Origin: the human T2T-CHM13v2.0 reference genome, Homo sapiens
DNA: 64,000 nucleotides
Direction: 5' to 3' (one strand)
Assembly: GCF_009914755.1 (NCBI RefSeq)
Contig: NC_060931.1
Positions within the stretch are counted from its first letter, which is position 1. Every line of letters begins with the position of its first letter. Of the stretch, positions 1 through 12,639 are shown one piece after another. A program made the position numbers and the translations under genes. Under the pieces are notes generated by a model. It saw only the letters and a list, made by a program, of their open reading frames with translations, did not search any database and was not told the DNA's origin.

Positions 1-644
1 GCAACTCACTGTAACCATTCACTACAGTCCAGAAGTTGGGTATGCTCTGATATTCTCCACTTTCCCTTCTTGTCATGCCAACCTGAATTTATGAGTTTCT
101 TTATAAAGATGTTCCAATCTATTCTTCAAAAGGCTCAACCCACTATGGAGCACTTCAAAGATTTGGTAAGTGCTTTGTGCAAAAGCCAGTTAAAACAAAT
201 GTTTCTCCACTGTCCCATGAAAAGGTGCGTTTAGTTGGTTTGGCCTTAAGAAAATGCTTCAACCTTTAGCTTTCCGATACACTTTAGTGAGAGACTTTAC
301 AGCTAGTAATAGAGAAAGAAAATGGCTTGTGAACTTCTTGGCTGGTTAATAATCAATTTTAAGGTATAGCTCTGATTCTAACTGATGAAAGTAAAACACA
401 AAATAGTGGTTACAACTGAGAGAGCCATAGCTGCTACTGGGCCCTATACAAAAATAGTAAAGATGAAATTTCACATCAGAAAATTCCTCTCTTGCTGTAG
501 GAGAACAGCAAGATATACAGCAACATTTACAGATACTCTCAACATTACAGTGTGTGCCAGCAGTTTAATATCATGTATTGAAAAACAGAGCCCAGTAAAA
601 GATCTGCTTTTCTACCATATTGCTGTGATATGAAGTACTCCCCT

Positions 645-900
645 CATTAATTCATTTATTCAACAAATATTCATTGAGCCCAGGATACTTTTAGGTGCTG
701 GAAATTCATCAGTGAACAATAAACAAAAATCACTACCCTATAGAGCTTCCATTCTAGTGGTCAGACAATCATAAATATAATAAATGTGTAAATTATATAG
801 GATGCCAGAAAGGATGTACTATGGAAGAAATACGGTGGTGGAGATTGGTGTCAGTCATGTGGTCAAGGTAGTGCTAGAGTTGGTTAGAGTAGGCCTCTTA
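645..900 (-). mobile_element. L2 LINE 3' end fragment
   Basis: ttcatttattcaacaaatattcattgagc...gagcttccattctagtgg is the reverse complement of the L2 3' terminus; boundaries approximate. Confidence 0.7.
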
Positions 901-1544
901 TATATTTATTTCTAAATAGGCAGTATATTCAATTACCCCTTCAATTGAATATCTAATAAATAGCATATTCACTATAACACAAGTATAAATTATATAGTAT
1001 TACATAATTATTATATGTATATATTATTATATAGTTACATTATATAATGTGTCCTTAGCTGTGTTTCAAAAAAAGGTTGCCATACTGTTAAATAAAGTTG
1101 AATTGAGCTGAGCATGGTGTGCCGTGTGGTTGCTAGTGCTGCTTGCCCATTAGCGGTATTGTACAGTTACATTTGCTCCATCCATCAGGAGCTGCAGCCT
1201 TTGCTGGGCAGAGGCTGACCACTTGCACCGTCACTGCTTCCAGCTCTCCTGCCGCTGTGCTCCTTAGCCTTTGGCATTTGGCACCTTTGTGCATTATATT
1301 TCACTGCTGACACAGAGATAGCTCGATATATCTCTCTATTCTGAGAAAAAAACAACTTTTTTCATTTACTTCCAATATGATTTGTACCCTTGACACATTC
1401 TATTATTTCCCCTTTGCCACCGTAGGGACTGGATAATCTATGATTGTATCTTGCACTGTAACTCATATTGGTTTCCCAATGCATACATTCTCATGTTGCT
1501 TAAGCTTTTGCGAACATGCTTCAGGATATCTGACCCTTTAAGTC

Positions 1545-1728
1545 AGTAGTTCTCAAACTTTTGGATGCATAGGAATCACCGGGTGAGCTTATTAAAACAG
1601 TTCTGGACCCACCCCATGAGAGTCTGATGCTGCAGGCCTGGGAGGGGCCTGAGATTCTGCAGGTTTAACAAGCTCCCAGGAGTTGAATGCTGCTGGTCCT
1701 CAGATCAATCACCCTTTGATAGCAAGGC
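1545..1728. mobile_element. MER5A-like hAT-Charlie DNA transposon
   Basis: cagtagttctcaaactt...gaatcacc...gggcctgagattctgc...aacaagctcccagg...tgctgctggtcc motif series. Confidence 0.75.
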
Positions 1729-4700
1729 TCTGATTCTTCTCACTTCCCAATAGCCACAGGATCTGTGGTCTCACTGATCACGTCCCAAGTTGGCTGAGCA
1801 CAAGACCTGAGCTCCCTGACCCATCACAGTAGCTGCTTTGTAGTTCTGCTAAGACACCTATTCCCGTTACCACTGGTCCTGGGATCAGGATCCCTTACTT
1901 ACCAGGTCACACCCTTTTAGTCTTGCTGACCCCTGGCCCACTGGCCAGTGAACCTTCCAGCCAACTCTAGCCTTGCCCCGTTCATTACCTCCCTCTAGCC
2001 CAGGGGGACTCTTCAGCCTCAGCTGACCCTTCAGTTCCACTATTCAGTTTTCTCTTCTCTGCCCCCTTGGAGGAGGGTTTTTTTGTTTGTTTGTTTGTTT
2101 GTTTTCCCTATCCCCATTGTTTTGGCCCTGAAGGGAGAGCTTTGTGGCAAAACAGAGCAAGAAAGAACTTCTCCATGAACAACTGATCTGTGGCCCTATC
2201 TTTTCAATTGCCTTCTCTAAAACCCCAAAGAAACAAAACAATTCTACTTTATCTCTCGCTGTGAGGGCACAGAACAAAACAGAACATTTGATGTGAAATA
2301 ACAGCAATTCACATTCAAGTGGCTGCGGTGCCAGTAAGTCAGGGGAAAAACTCACACTAAAAAGAAAAAAAACCAACAAGTAAGACACACACAAACCCAA
2401 AACCACCTTTCCAGGCCTTTTGATCGCTTTCATTCTTTCCTGCACTGCCCGATGTTAGCCTAAGCCCAGTAGTATCTGCTCTGTAGTATCTGTAGCCTGG
2501 GACAACTTGCCACTATGGCGAGCAGATTTCAGGCTCTTTCCTTCTGAAGCTCCTCCAACCAGTGTGCACCACACTCCTGTGCCAAAGACTAGGTCTGTCG
2601 TCGTCTGTCTTTGAATGGCTTTTCTCCCATGCAGTGTTTTCCAGATCTCTCCCTCTTGATGCCTTTCCATCTCCTCAGCTCACAGCTGGAAATCCCATTT
2701 TTGTTCCTTTCTGGCAACTTTTCACTTCTTTCTATTTCTATTGTTATTTAACTGTGAAAAGTATTTCCTCTTGCAGGAAAAATGCCCGTATGCTTTGTCT
2801 GAGCAGGAGTCCTGCTGTTCATTATTTGCTGAAAGCCGTGCTGTTGTGTTTAATGTGCACCCTGGGATGTCAATACCATTTCGTATATACGGAGGCAGAA
2901 ACCCATTTGATGTACTTTATGAGACCTCCTTTAGTTGGGACCAAATCACCTTACATGCCTCTCCCTTTGTAGCTCACCAGCAACTAAATGAGGCTAGCAC
3001 ATTTTGTTTGTTATCTCTGGACTTAGAATGTGGAAAAGCTGGAAGGAAAGGCTTATGGGAGATCTTTACAGTTTCACTCTCCCAGACGGGGTCATTCTGA
3101 GATTCAATATTCTGGTTTTCAGGACTAATTTTTTGGCTTTGGTTGTTTTGGAGAGACTTAGGCTGCTACTTTATGGCTTAAATGTCAAAATTGTTAACTT
3201 GCAGCATGAGTATGTCTTAAATCATTCAAATGAAGGAATAAACCGGAATAAATCTAAGTAAACACAACAGGATAACCAGCAATCCATGTAATCTGAGGAG
3301 GCTTATCATAAATACTTGATGACTGCCCACTGGAGGGGAGAAAGGATTCAGGAATGCAAAGCCAATATTCAGAAGTGATAGGAACCTGGGAACTTGTGTA
3401 CAAACCAGGCAGAAAGATGTCCTGAGGCTGGGTGGTGATCATGGCTGCATTCACACATCTGAGCTTCATTTCGTACAGGACATCTTCCATTCTGGTAACA
3501 ATTCTATTGCTTCTGCACCAGGCAAAGTCCAGCAAGGCCACTCTCCTCTTGAGCCAGCCAAGACTATTCCCTCCCTGTGATTCAGTCATGCAATCCCTTC
3601 TGCTTTTGGAGGAGGAGGGGAGCGGTTGAAGATAATATCTACAGAATGGGGTGCTGGCTTCCCCCCAAAGCAGACAAAGCATGAGCCAAGGGGTCCAATA
3701 AATTCAGAATTTCATTTTGTAAAGACTCTATTAAAGTAAGTATCATAGAAAGAATTAGAAACTTTGTTGCTTTGCCTAATATTTATTTTATAGTTTAATG
3801 TTATTTGTATTTCTTAATGGGAGAAAGGACCTGATAATCTTTTCCGTGCTTAGGTTAGGTTTTGTAATTATCTGGCCCTGGTTGAAGGCTCAATTGGCAT
3901 AAAATATTCATCTTTCCAATGTCTTTTAATTCAGTCCTCTGGGTTGGGTACTGGGATGGGAATCTCAAAGATAGTAGCTTTAAAGAGTAGCACAGGCATA
4001 CAGGAGTTTTGGGAACTGCAGCCAGGCTCAGTCTAAAAGGGGCCATTGCTTAGTTCCAGCCAGTTGTTGTCATGGAGAAAGGCAAGCTCAATGTTGCTAA
4101 ATTTAATTTTCAAGAGAAGATGAAAATCCGTTTTTCAAAAGATGAAATTAATTGGCGCTCAACAATTGTAAAATACTGGGGGAACTAAAAAAAACATGCT
4201 ATAGGGCCGCCAGGACGCTATCTCTGTTTCTGGGACTAGGCCACTTTAATTCTACAGAGCCTGTAGAACTTAGAGGCCTCAGAAAATATAAACTCCAGAT
4301 CCTTACTTGTTCTGAGAAGCTCAGGTGACAGTTTTGACTTGGTGGAAAAAATACAGTCTTCAATTCCATTTAATAAATATTTACTGTACCAGGCTAGGCT
4401 TGGAACACATAAACACCATTAAATTACAGTCCTTGCCTTCGAGGAGCTCAGAGATTAGTAAAAGGGGGAAAAAAGAGCACATGAGTCAGTGTATTCCGGA
4501 ACAAACAGAGAGCTCATCTTTCTGGTGGAAACCCCTTAGGTTGGTAAGTTTGAAGTATTATGTTAGTATAAGTGCAATGGATTCTAGATGGGTTTACCCT
4601 TAAATGCCCTGTAATTGTTTCAGCAAGTGCTCAGTGTCCCACAGAAGTGATACAAAAATTGCCTTAAAGTTGTATTTTATTTTGAGCATGGTTTCATTTT

Positions 4701-4736
4701 GTTTCATTCATTTGATATCTTTTAAGCACATGGCTT

Positions 4737-5981
4737 TGCCATAAATAATTTGGTCTCAGCCCAAAGTGAAGTCTGGCCATTCTCCCTGGTTTCTGAAAGG
4801 TTAACCCTTGGAATTAGGAGTGTCTTTGTCATTCATGGTGAGCCCCTTTGACCATACCTGATGGTTTATGCTAAGGAGATGACCCAGGATGGGGCCAGCC
4901 TCACCAATAATCTTAGGGTAGGGGCTGACCATACCCGAAAGACCAGCATTGTAATTAGAGGGTTGTGTCTTTGAGCCACATGATATCAGCCTGGCCTCTG
5001 AGGAAGAAAGGGGGCTGAAGATTGAGGTCATCCTTGTGGGCAATGGTTCAATCAATCATGCCCATGTAACAAAACACTGGGATAAAAACCCTGGACACCA
5101 AAGCTTGGGTGAGCATCCCTGGCTGGCAATCCTCTCTGCATGAATGCTGGAGGGTAACAAGTCCTTAAGGGTGATGGAAGTGTCACATTTGGAACCCTTC
5201 CAGACTTTATCCTGTGCATCTCTTCTTTTGGATGGTTCTAATTTTTATCCTTTCACTACAATCAAACCATAATCATAAGTACAGCACTTTCTTGAGTTCT
5301 GAGTTGTTCTAGTGAATTATTGGACCTGAGGAAAGCTGTGAGCACAGGACAGTTCTCTGGGTGGCCTTGGACTCACCCAATTTTTTCCCCTTCTTCTCTT
5401 GTAGTTGTCAAGAATAACTATAGAAGGTGCTAGGAACACAACATCTTGAGATAAAGAGGGGCTAGCTGGAACAGCCTGTGTTTTGTTCCAGTCCCCCCTA
5501 GAAACAGGATGTCCTTCAGTGCTTGAGTCCAGTGTGACATACTTCTCCAGGGTAGAAAACCCACAGTAGGCTGCTTTTTGGGGCCCCTCAGCTGAGGTGC
5601 AAGTGTGAGTGGAGACTCCATCTGTCCTAGGCAGCTTTCCTGAGCCTTGGGGAACTTGCTCTTCATGAATCCTTGGCTTCTACTGTCACTTGCTGCCTCC
5701 CTGTAAGTGATAAATCCACTTCACGTAGCCTGGTGTGTGGGTGGGTGTTCTGTCTCAACAGACACAGATAAGTTGGCAACCAGTGCACGGCGAACCTACT
5801 ACATGGTGGGGCCCCCAGATTCAGAGCTAGTGTTTAAAGTTGGGGTGGTCTGTGGAGACTGTTCCCTTAGACTCTGACATTTGGCAAACTTATTTCAGCA
5901 GACGCCAGGAGTCTTGGGCAGAGGTGGCAGTCTGAAGACTGTGACCTTAACCTCGAGTTTGGCTCACTCTGGATAATGACA
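4737..5981 (+). mobile_element. MER21-like LTR interrupted by a second LTR
   Basis: gaaagaccagcattgtaattagagggttg, caatcaatcatgcc and gaacccttccagac blocks resemble MER21; similarity resumes after 5803. Confidence 0.65.
5343..5803 (+). mobile_element. Nested solo LTR (LTR47-like)
   Basis: caggacagttctctgggtggccttggac...ctagaaacaggatgtccttca...aaccagtgcacggcgaacctactaca; about 460 bp ending in CA; family name from memory. Confidence 0.55.
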
Positions 5982-6639
5982 CGTTTTTCAATTATGGAGT
6001 ACTCATGTTGGAAAAAAAGGGTAAGACAAAGTCCTTGCTTAGGAGAAATTTAAAATCCTGCTGATTAAAACAAAATCGGCAGACACATGAACAATCCTGA
6101 AGGAAGCCAAGCTGTATAAATATCCTGCGGAGGTCAGGAGGTTCTGTAGCATAAATCAGTGCGTTAAATGCTTACAGATATGAAGGGACTTGAGAATGTT
6201 TTCAGTTCTCTCTATTATAAAACAAGGTAAGTTATAGAGGGCAGGGAGGCTGGAGGGCTGACTCGGTCACCTAGGATCCCTGGTAATCTCAGAATCGGAG
6301 ATGGGGGAGAGTAAACAAAGCTGTGAATGGGAGTAAAACACAGCCAAGAGTTCCTTTTCCTTGTGACATGAGATTCTTAATTTAGTCTCTGAATAAATTT
6401 AAGTCTGAAGTTACTTGAGCCCTGTATTTTACCTCAGCATTTTCCCTCCTCTCAAAGCACCAAGAAAAATCTGGCCAATCCTCCTTGGCAAAAGCACCTT
6501 CATGTCTTCTTTGGCAGCTGGGAAGTTAGTGACGTTCTGGTTGACTGTTGCCAAATTTCATCCCCAGGAATTCGGAAATAAGTCTTTTTTTCCTGGAGAG
6601 CCCTCATCCTTGGAGTATAAGCTCAGCTTCCTGGGGTTT

Positions 6640-6862
6640 TCTGTAGAAAGGGACCTCATCAATCATCTAGTTCAACTCCTCCCGCAGGGCAGAGGAAGCG
6701 CCTCGGGGTTCCTGCCAGGTTCCCATTGGTTGCTTGAATACCTCTTGTGGGAAGGAGCCCACTCTTCACCCAGGCAATCTACTTTACTCTGAGACAGTTT
6801 TAACCGTTTCAGATTCCTCTCATTTATTAGATTAACTTTTTTCTCCTGAAGATTTCTGCCCA
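6640..6862 (-). mobile_element. L3/CR1 3' fragment
   Basis: gaaagggacctcatcaatcatctagttcaactcc...tgcttgaatacctc resembles the reverse complement of the CR1/L3 3' end. Confidence 0.55.
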
Positions 6863-6895
6863 GGTTTTATTTTTATTTTAAATTTTATTTTCTGG

Positions 6896-7043
6896 GGCCA
6901 GGCATGGTGGCACATGCCTGTAGTCCCAGCTACTCAGGAGACTGAGGCAGGAGGATTGATTGAGTCCAGGAAGTTGAGACTGCAGTGAGCTGTGATCACA
7001 CTACTGCACTCCAGCCTGGGTGACAGGACAAGACTCTGTCTCA
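6896..7043 (+). mobile_element. Alu right monomer (FRAM/AluJ-like)
   Basis: ggccaggcatggtggcacatgcctgtagtcccagctactc...gactctgtctc; one arm only. Confidence 0.85.
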
Positions 7044-7102
7044 GGAAAACCACATATATATAATATTTGTAGTACATATAGTATATTTAAAAACCATATA
7101 TA

Positions 7103-7103
<1 letters not shown>

Positions 7104-7146
<43 letters not shown>
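7104..7146. repeat. (CA)~21 microsatellite
   Basis: Read directly from the sequence. Confidence 0.97.
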
Positions 7147-7152
<6 letters not shown>

Positions 7153-7194
7153 GTATATTTCCTGGGAGAATCTAGTAACAAGAGAAACAAAATT

Positions 7195-7400
7195 GATAAT
7201 GATAAACATTTATTCAGCACTTAATGTGATCCAGACATAATGCCAAGACCTTTATATATATATATATTATCTCCTTTAATCCTCAAATCTACTCTACAAT
7301 AGAGCACTATTGTTATCCCCATCTTGTAGATGAGAAAGCTGAGGCTTAAGATTTAACTCCCTTACATGAGCTAGGATGGAGTTCAGGTGCCAGAGCCGGA
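7195..7400 (-). mobile_element. MIR SINE
   Basis: tttaatcctca...ttatccccatcttgtagatgagaaagctgaggctt core in reverse orientation. Confidence 0.7.
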
Positions 7401-7612
7401 TGGGATGTAGATAGCTGACTGCACTGCTCAGGCCCTTCACTTATTCAAAACTTTCGTGGACCTAACTTAGTCACATTGGGTACCATTTAAGACACATCTT
7501 TTACAATGAGTGTTTTATAGCTTATATTTTAACATATGCTCATAAATCTAGCCTTGCTGTGTTTTCTGTGTATTAGTGACTACTAGTATTTTATGTTTCA
7601 CTGTGAATACGC

Positions 7613-7613
7613 G

Positions 7614-7644
<31 letters not shown>

Positions 7645-7665
7645 ACACACACATACACACACACA
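7613..7665. repeat. Interrupted (CA)n microsatellite
   Basis: Read directly from the sequence. Confidence 0.95.
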
Positions 7666-8203
7666 AAGTGTTCTACAAAGCCCTTCTAGATTTCCCAATA
7701 TATATTAGGCCAACTGCAGTTGACTTTATGAACACCTTCTGGTAATCCCTTAATTCAAATCTGGCTGAGATTCTGCAGTGCTGAGCTTGATTTTATTTCT
7801 GTTTATCCCTGTGTTTTATCTCCTTTGCTGTTTTGGTTAAAAACATACATAATTCTGCTGTTCCCAGGTGGGTGTTACCTCTACTCATAAACTGTTACCC
7901 AAAGATACCAGGGGTTCAGTGCAATTAGATAACGAAAATACTCAAGAGGAATTCAATCGATTCTAAAAAAAGAGCAATGTCCCTATTGAATGTGATTTCT
8001 AAAGAGATATTTGTCGTGGAGATAACTGCATGTCGTGAGATCTTTTTAAAGAAAACAGCAAGGAAAAAAAAAATCCAAAGCTTAAACTTCTTTATGAGAG
8101 TCCTAAAACATTTCCTTTTAGATATCACACTAAACACTATTTTCCCTGGTGTTTACTCATACAATACAGCCCCAAGCATGGAAATAAAGAAGATTCAACT
8201 TAC

Positions 8204-8295
8204 AGGCTGTCCAGGCTCATCTCCCCCGAGGATTCTGAAGCCAAATCCAGACTCCATCCTCCGAAGATGAACATCCAATTCCTTATAATCTGGAC
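8204..8295 (-). CDS. MAGI2: MAGI2 92-nt coding exon, start of a PDZ domain ([31 protein letters not shown])
   Basis: Acceptor ctcctttatgccag|GT CCA GAT; donor CCT|gtaagt; GFGF carboxylate-binding loop typical of PDZ domains; lies within ORF 8195..8428. Confidence 0.96.
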
Positions 8296-8774
8296 CTGGC
8301 ATAAAGGAGATCCCATTGAGTAATGAATCCTGCCTCTTTCCCAGCCCCTGAGGAACTGAACATACCAATGATAAATTAATTTTGTGGATGCGATTAATGA
8401 GAGTGCTGTTAGGGTCAATGGAAACCATAGAGGATACAAAAAATATGGCAGCAAAAAAGTAGGTGTTCCAAATGTAGGTTGTCCCTGGAATAATAGTGAC
8501 TAGCCGAGGGCACTACTGAGGTATTACCAGAAGCAGAAAGAGTACATGAATTTTCTGAGTAAAAAAATTGATGCCTTTATAATTCTTGATTTTCCTGAGA
8601 GCATTCAGATTGCCTTCAAGAAGCTAGACTGTCACTTTGAGGATGTTTACTCTGATTAGAACAATTATTGCGCAAGTAAGAGAGAACAGATGGCAAAACC
8701 CTGGAACTGTCCAGTAAAGCACTGCCTGGTAATTTATTAATATCTGTTTATGACATGATGCATCCAGTTTAGGA

Positions 8775-8798
8775 GTGTGTGTGTGTGTGTGTGTGTGT
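8775..8798. repeat. (GT)12 microsatellite
   Basis: Read directly from the sequence. Confidence 0.95.
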
Positions 8799-11700
8799 AG
8801 GGTATAAACGTATGCCCAATAGAAGTTGTCTCTTTTAAAATTGCAAAAATTAGAAGATATAGAATTTAAACTTTCTTGTATTGAGGTTCAAGAAGCATTT
8901 ATTTTCTGACAAACTCCTTTAGGGTTTTTATAACTTACAGGTAGAAATTCATCTGGGTCTAAGGTGGACTTTTATCACCGAAACATTTTAGAATGTGCAA
9001 GCCATAGATTGACTTTTGACTTCATGAGAGTACTCAAAATAAATAGAAGATACTTTTCTGAAGTCAGCTGAAAGAACACAGTTGTATTTCAAAATAAGAT
9101 GAAAAACTCTCCTGAATGTCATTTTTTCAGCCTTAGAAGAAACTAAAACTATTAAATATAAAAAGTTTTGACTTTTTAAGTAGAATCTGATTTATGCTTA
9201 GCCTGTCCCCTTGCCCCTTGGCACCTTCCTCAGGGGGAAATACTTCAGTTGTGACCAAGCTGCGCATACTTTCATGTCCACTGCTGGGGTGCCAGCAGAT
9301 GATCAGCAATTTAAAGAACTATTTATTATGCTGTCTCTTGCTTAAGAAATGTTTAGTGGTTTCTGGACCTGAATGGTTTAAAGGAGGTATTAGAACTGAT
9401 AGAAGCAGGTATTAAGTAAAATTCCCCTTGCTTAAACAGGATAGTTGTAGAAATTAAGACGAGATTTCAGAGAATTCTCATGGGACAAAAATCTATGTCT
9501 GAGCCACATGATTATACAGTAGCACTCGTTGTAGAGAGAGGCTCATTGAATGCTGGCCAGGCAAATATTTTCCAGGCTCTGCAGTAGGTGGGACTGCTGG
9601 AGTGATACAGTGTACAAAGCACAATTATACAGGCTTGCCTTGGTGCCCAACAACCTGGGCTATTCCCAGGGATATATGAAAGGCATCATTCACTTCTGAG
9701 ACGTGGGCAAATGCCGATTATTTATCTGGTGCTCTTTTAAATAAAGATGAATCAGGCGCTTAAGTACATATGTTTATATGCATTGTACAAGATTCAATGA
9801 GCATTCATACCCTTTTATGACCAAATGCACACATGACCAAGACCTTTTCCATTCAATGAATAATATTAAACTCTGCAAGAAGAATAACCAGTTAGACCTC
9901 CACATCCTTTAGAAATTATATAATCAGTCATATTTTAAAGATGGGAGAACTTAAAAAATTCCATTCCTATTAAATAGAGGTGGTGGCAGAGGAAAGATGA
10001 AAATTTTGCCTTACATTCTATGAGACACAACCGGCTTTTGAACTCAGTTTCTTCTGAAGTCTGTATATCATATATGAAATCACATATTGGGGTGTGTGCT
10101 AAGCCTTTGGGAGTCTGGAGGCAGATGGAGTAGAGCTCTACAAAATCATAGCAGGTATCTGTACTCCTCCCAAGAGAAGGAGAAAGACAAGGGGAGATCG
10201 GAGATGACAGATATTGCTCAATCACTGTTCAAACTTCTACAAGTTGAGGATAATACAACTGCTCATGGCAATCTCTTCTGTAAGTCACTTTAAGCTTGGA
10301 GGAACTCTAGACCACATACACATTAAAAATACAAATAGAAGGTGCTGTATTTGTGACACTTAAAATGATAGAGCCAGCATATGTTTAACTAGAACTTTTC
10401 ATCTCCTGTATTCTTCTCACTTTTGCATCACCACTGAATATGCTAAGTGGGAACTTGTTCTTCCAGTGACTTCAGCACCCATCCATATTGCACAAGGAGC
10501 TTTACAAGACCTTTATTGTGTGATCCATCTTATTTGCTACGTAAAACTTTTCCCCTAAAGAAATGCCGAAATTATGACCATCTCAGGAATGGAACTTTCA
10601 GAGGTGTCAAGGCACAAGAAGTTTGTCTTTTGTCAGAGAATCTGTGATTCCTGGAGGAACTAAGGGGCTTTTCTTTAATGAATAACTTATGACTTCTTTT
10701 TAGGAGAAAAATCTAGATTTTAGCAAGTAAATTTTATTGAACTCTGAAGAACAGAGACACGAATAAGGCATTTTTTCTCCTCTTCCTGCTCTTCTTGCAC
10801 ATTTTGGTGACAATACCGATCCTGTTGCTCTGACCCACCCTGATTTCAAACATAGGGTGGTATGTGCCAGCCATTTATTTCATCTTCACTCTTCCATTCT
10901 TCCCAGCAGGGGTGGCCAGCTTCATGGTTCATGAGCAGGAAACAGAGGCAAAGAGAGACCCCTTAGAGAAGAATGCTGGTAGATGTGATTTATTTTTTAT
11001 TTCTTTGTTAATTTTGAACACAGATTCAGAGGCTGCAGGGTCTGGACTATTTTACAGAAATAGTCAACTGGAAAAAAAGTTCATATGATAGATTGTGCCT
11101 TGAGGCAGCAGTATTTTTTTTTTTTTTTTTTTTTTTAGGGAAAATAAGAACATTTTAGGAAGATAATTTTTCTTTGGTTTCTTTTTTTCCTTGGAGTCTG
11201 GCTTTACAAAATAACTAAAATTATATGTACAAAGCTGGGAGACATCATTCTTTTTCCTTCCTGCTTTGTTAGCTCTCTTCGCAGATTGTGATGTTTCTGA
11301 CTTTCCCCTAGTTGCTCTTCTGGCCCGACGACATGTTTCAATTACTGTATCAGGTTTTGTCTCTTTCCTTATTAATGCAAGAACTTAAAGTGAAGAAATC
11401 CAAGGGCCATCTCTTTACCTCACTGCAACAGAGTTAACAATCACTATTCCTTTCTCTTGTTTCAAGAAACTATGCACCAGGGAGGTTGTTAGATGAGGGT
11501 GTCTGGTAGACACCTATTTGGACCTGAGTTGCTTTGCATGTTGTTTAACTGTGCCCCATCCTTTTACTCTTCTGTTCCCTTCTTTATTTTTTCTGTGCTC
11601 TTTTTAAAAAAATCTTCTTTTTCCTCAGCACTTTTTGCAGAACTGTCAGAGACACTCTCAGGTGTCGCTTAATGCAGCTCAAGAGGAGGCAGTGGTTGTA

Positions 11701-12639
11701 AAGAAATGGACTAAGAGGACACAAAGCATTCTTTGGATATTAGTGTTCAGTGGCCAGCTGTGGCTAGTGTTGCTTCTTAGAAGTTGGGTCCTCGGATCCT
11801 CAGGCATTATGGAACAAAGCATCTCATGATCCTCTTCCTAGATGGAATTTTACATGACCACTGTGGCAAGTTACTGAAATGAAATTTAGAAGTCTTAATT
11901 TATTCTGGGCTCACACCAATATTGCAAAAACGAACTTTAAAAAGTAGCAAATGGTGAGCACATCCAGGTATCAGGACAACCTCTCTCATAATAAAGAAAA
12001 GCAGATTTCAAAAGTTGATTCCTACTTCACATGAAGACTCTAGGGGCTTCACATGCTGTATGTTTCCTTAGTCTTGCTTTTGAAAGAAGTAGCTCTGTGC
12101 ACAGTTAGGGAAAAGGCTGGGTAACTGAACACAACTGATTAATTTTATGAATGGATTCAATCTTCAGAAATGCAAAGAACAACATTTTTATGAATTAATT
12201 TGGCACATGGGATGCTGCTGTAAACATGTCAATTAAAATTTGGTACTTGAATCCCCTTTCATGTTTTAATTAAAACATAAGTACCATGGCTTATCATCAC
12301 AGTTTGGCACAGAGGATACATTTATTCAATTTTTCCTGCTGGAAAGAGCATCACTTTTTGGGCTTTTCCTTGTAAAGAGATCTAGGAAAGTTAGCATGAG
12401 GAAGATATCAGGAATCAAAAAAGGTTATTAAACATGGTCTTGACTTCTGGATTTCTATGCACTCCAGATATAGAAAGAGTTAAACAGGAATTATATAGTT
12501 TCTGTTGCTCAAATCTAACATTACCTAGTAAGTAGCTAATACTCCATCCTTTAAAATATCCCTTCTCTTTAGTTGTTTGCTTTATCCCTGTGGGTATGTG
12601 AATGTGACCAAGCACGTGTTAGCCATAGTAGAAGCCATC

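Noticed and set aside
10471-10490. ttcagcacc REST/RE1 half-site
   Set aside because: The right half (ggacag) is missing.
11114-11140. T23 followed by AG as a plus-strand acceptor
   Set aside because: Simple homopolymer; more likely an oligo-dT mispriming site on the MAGI2 strand than a feature.
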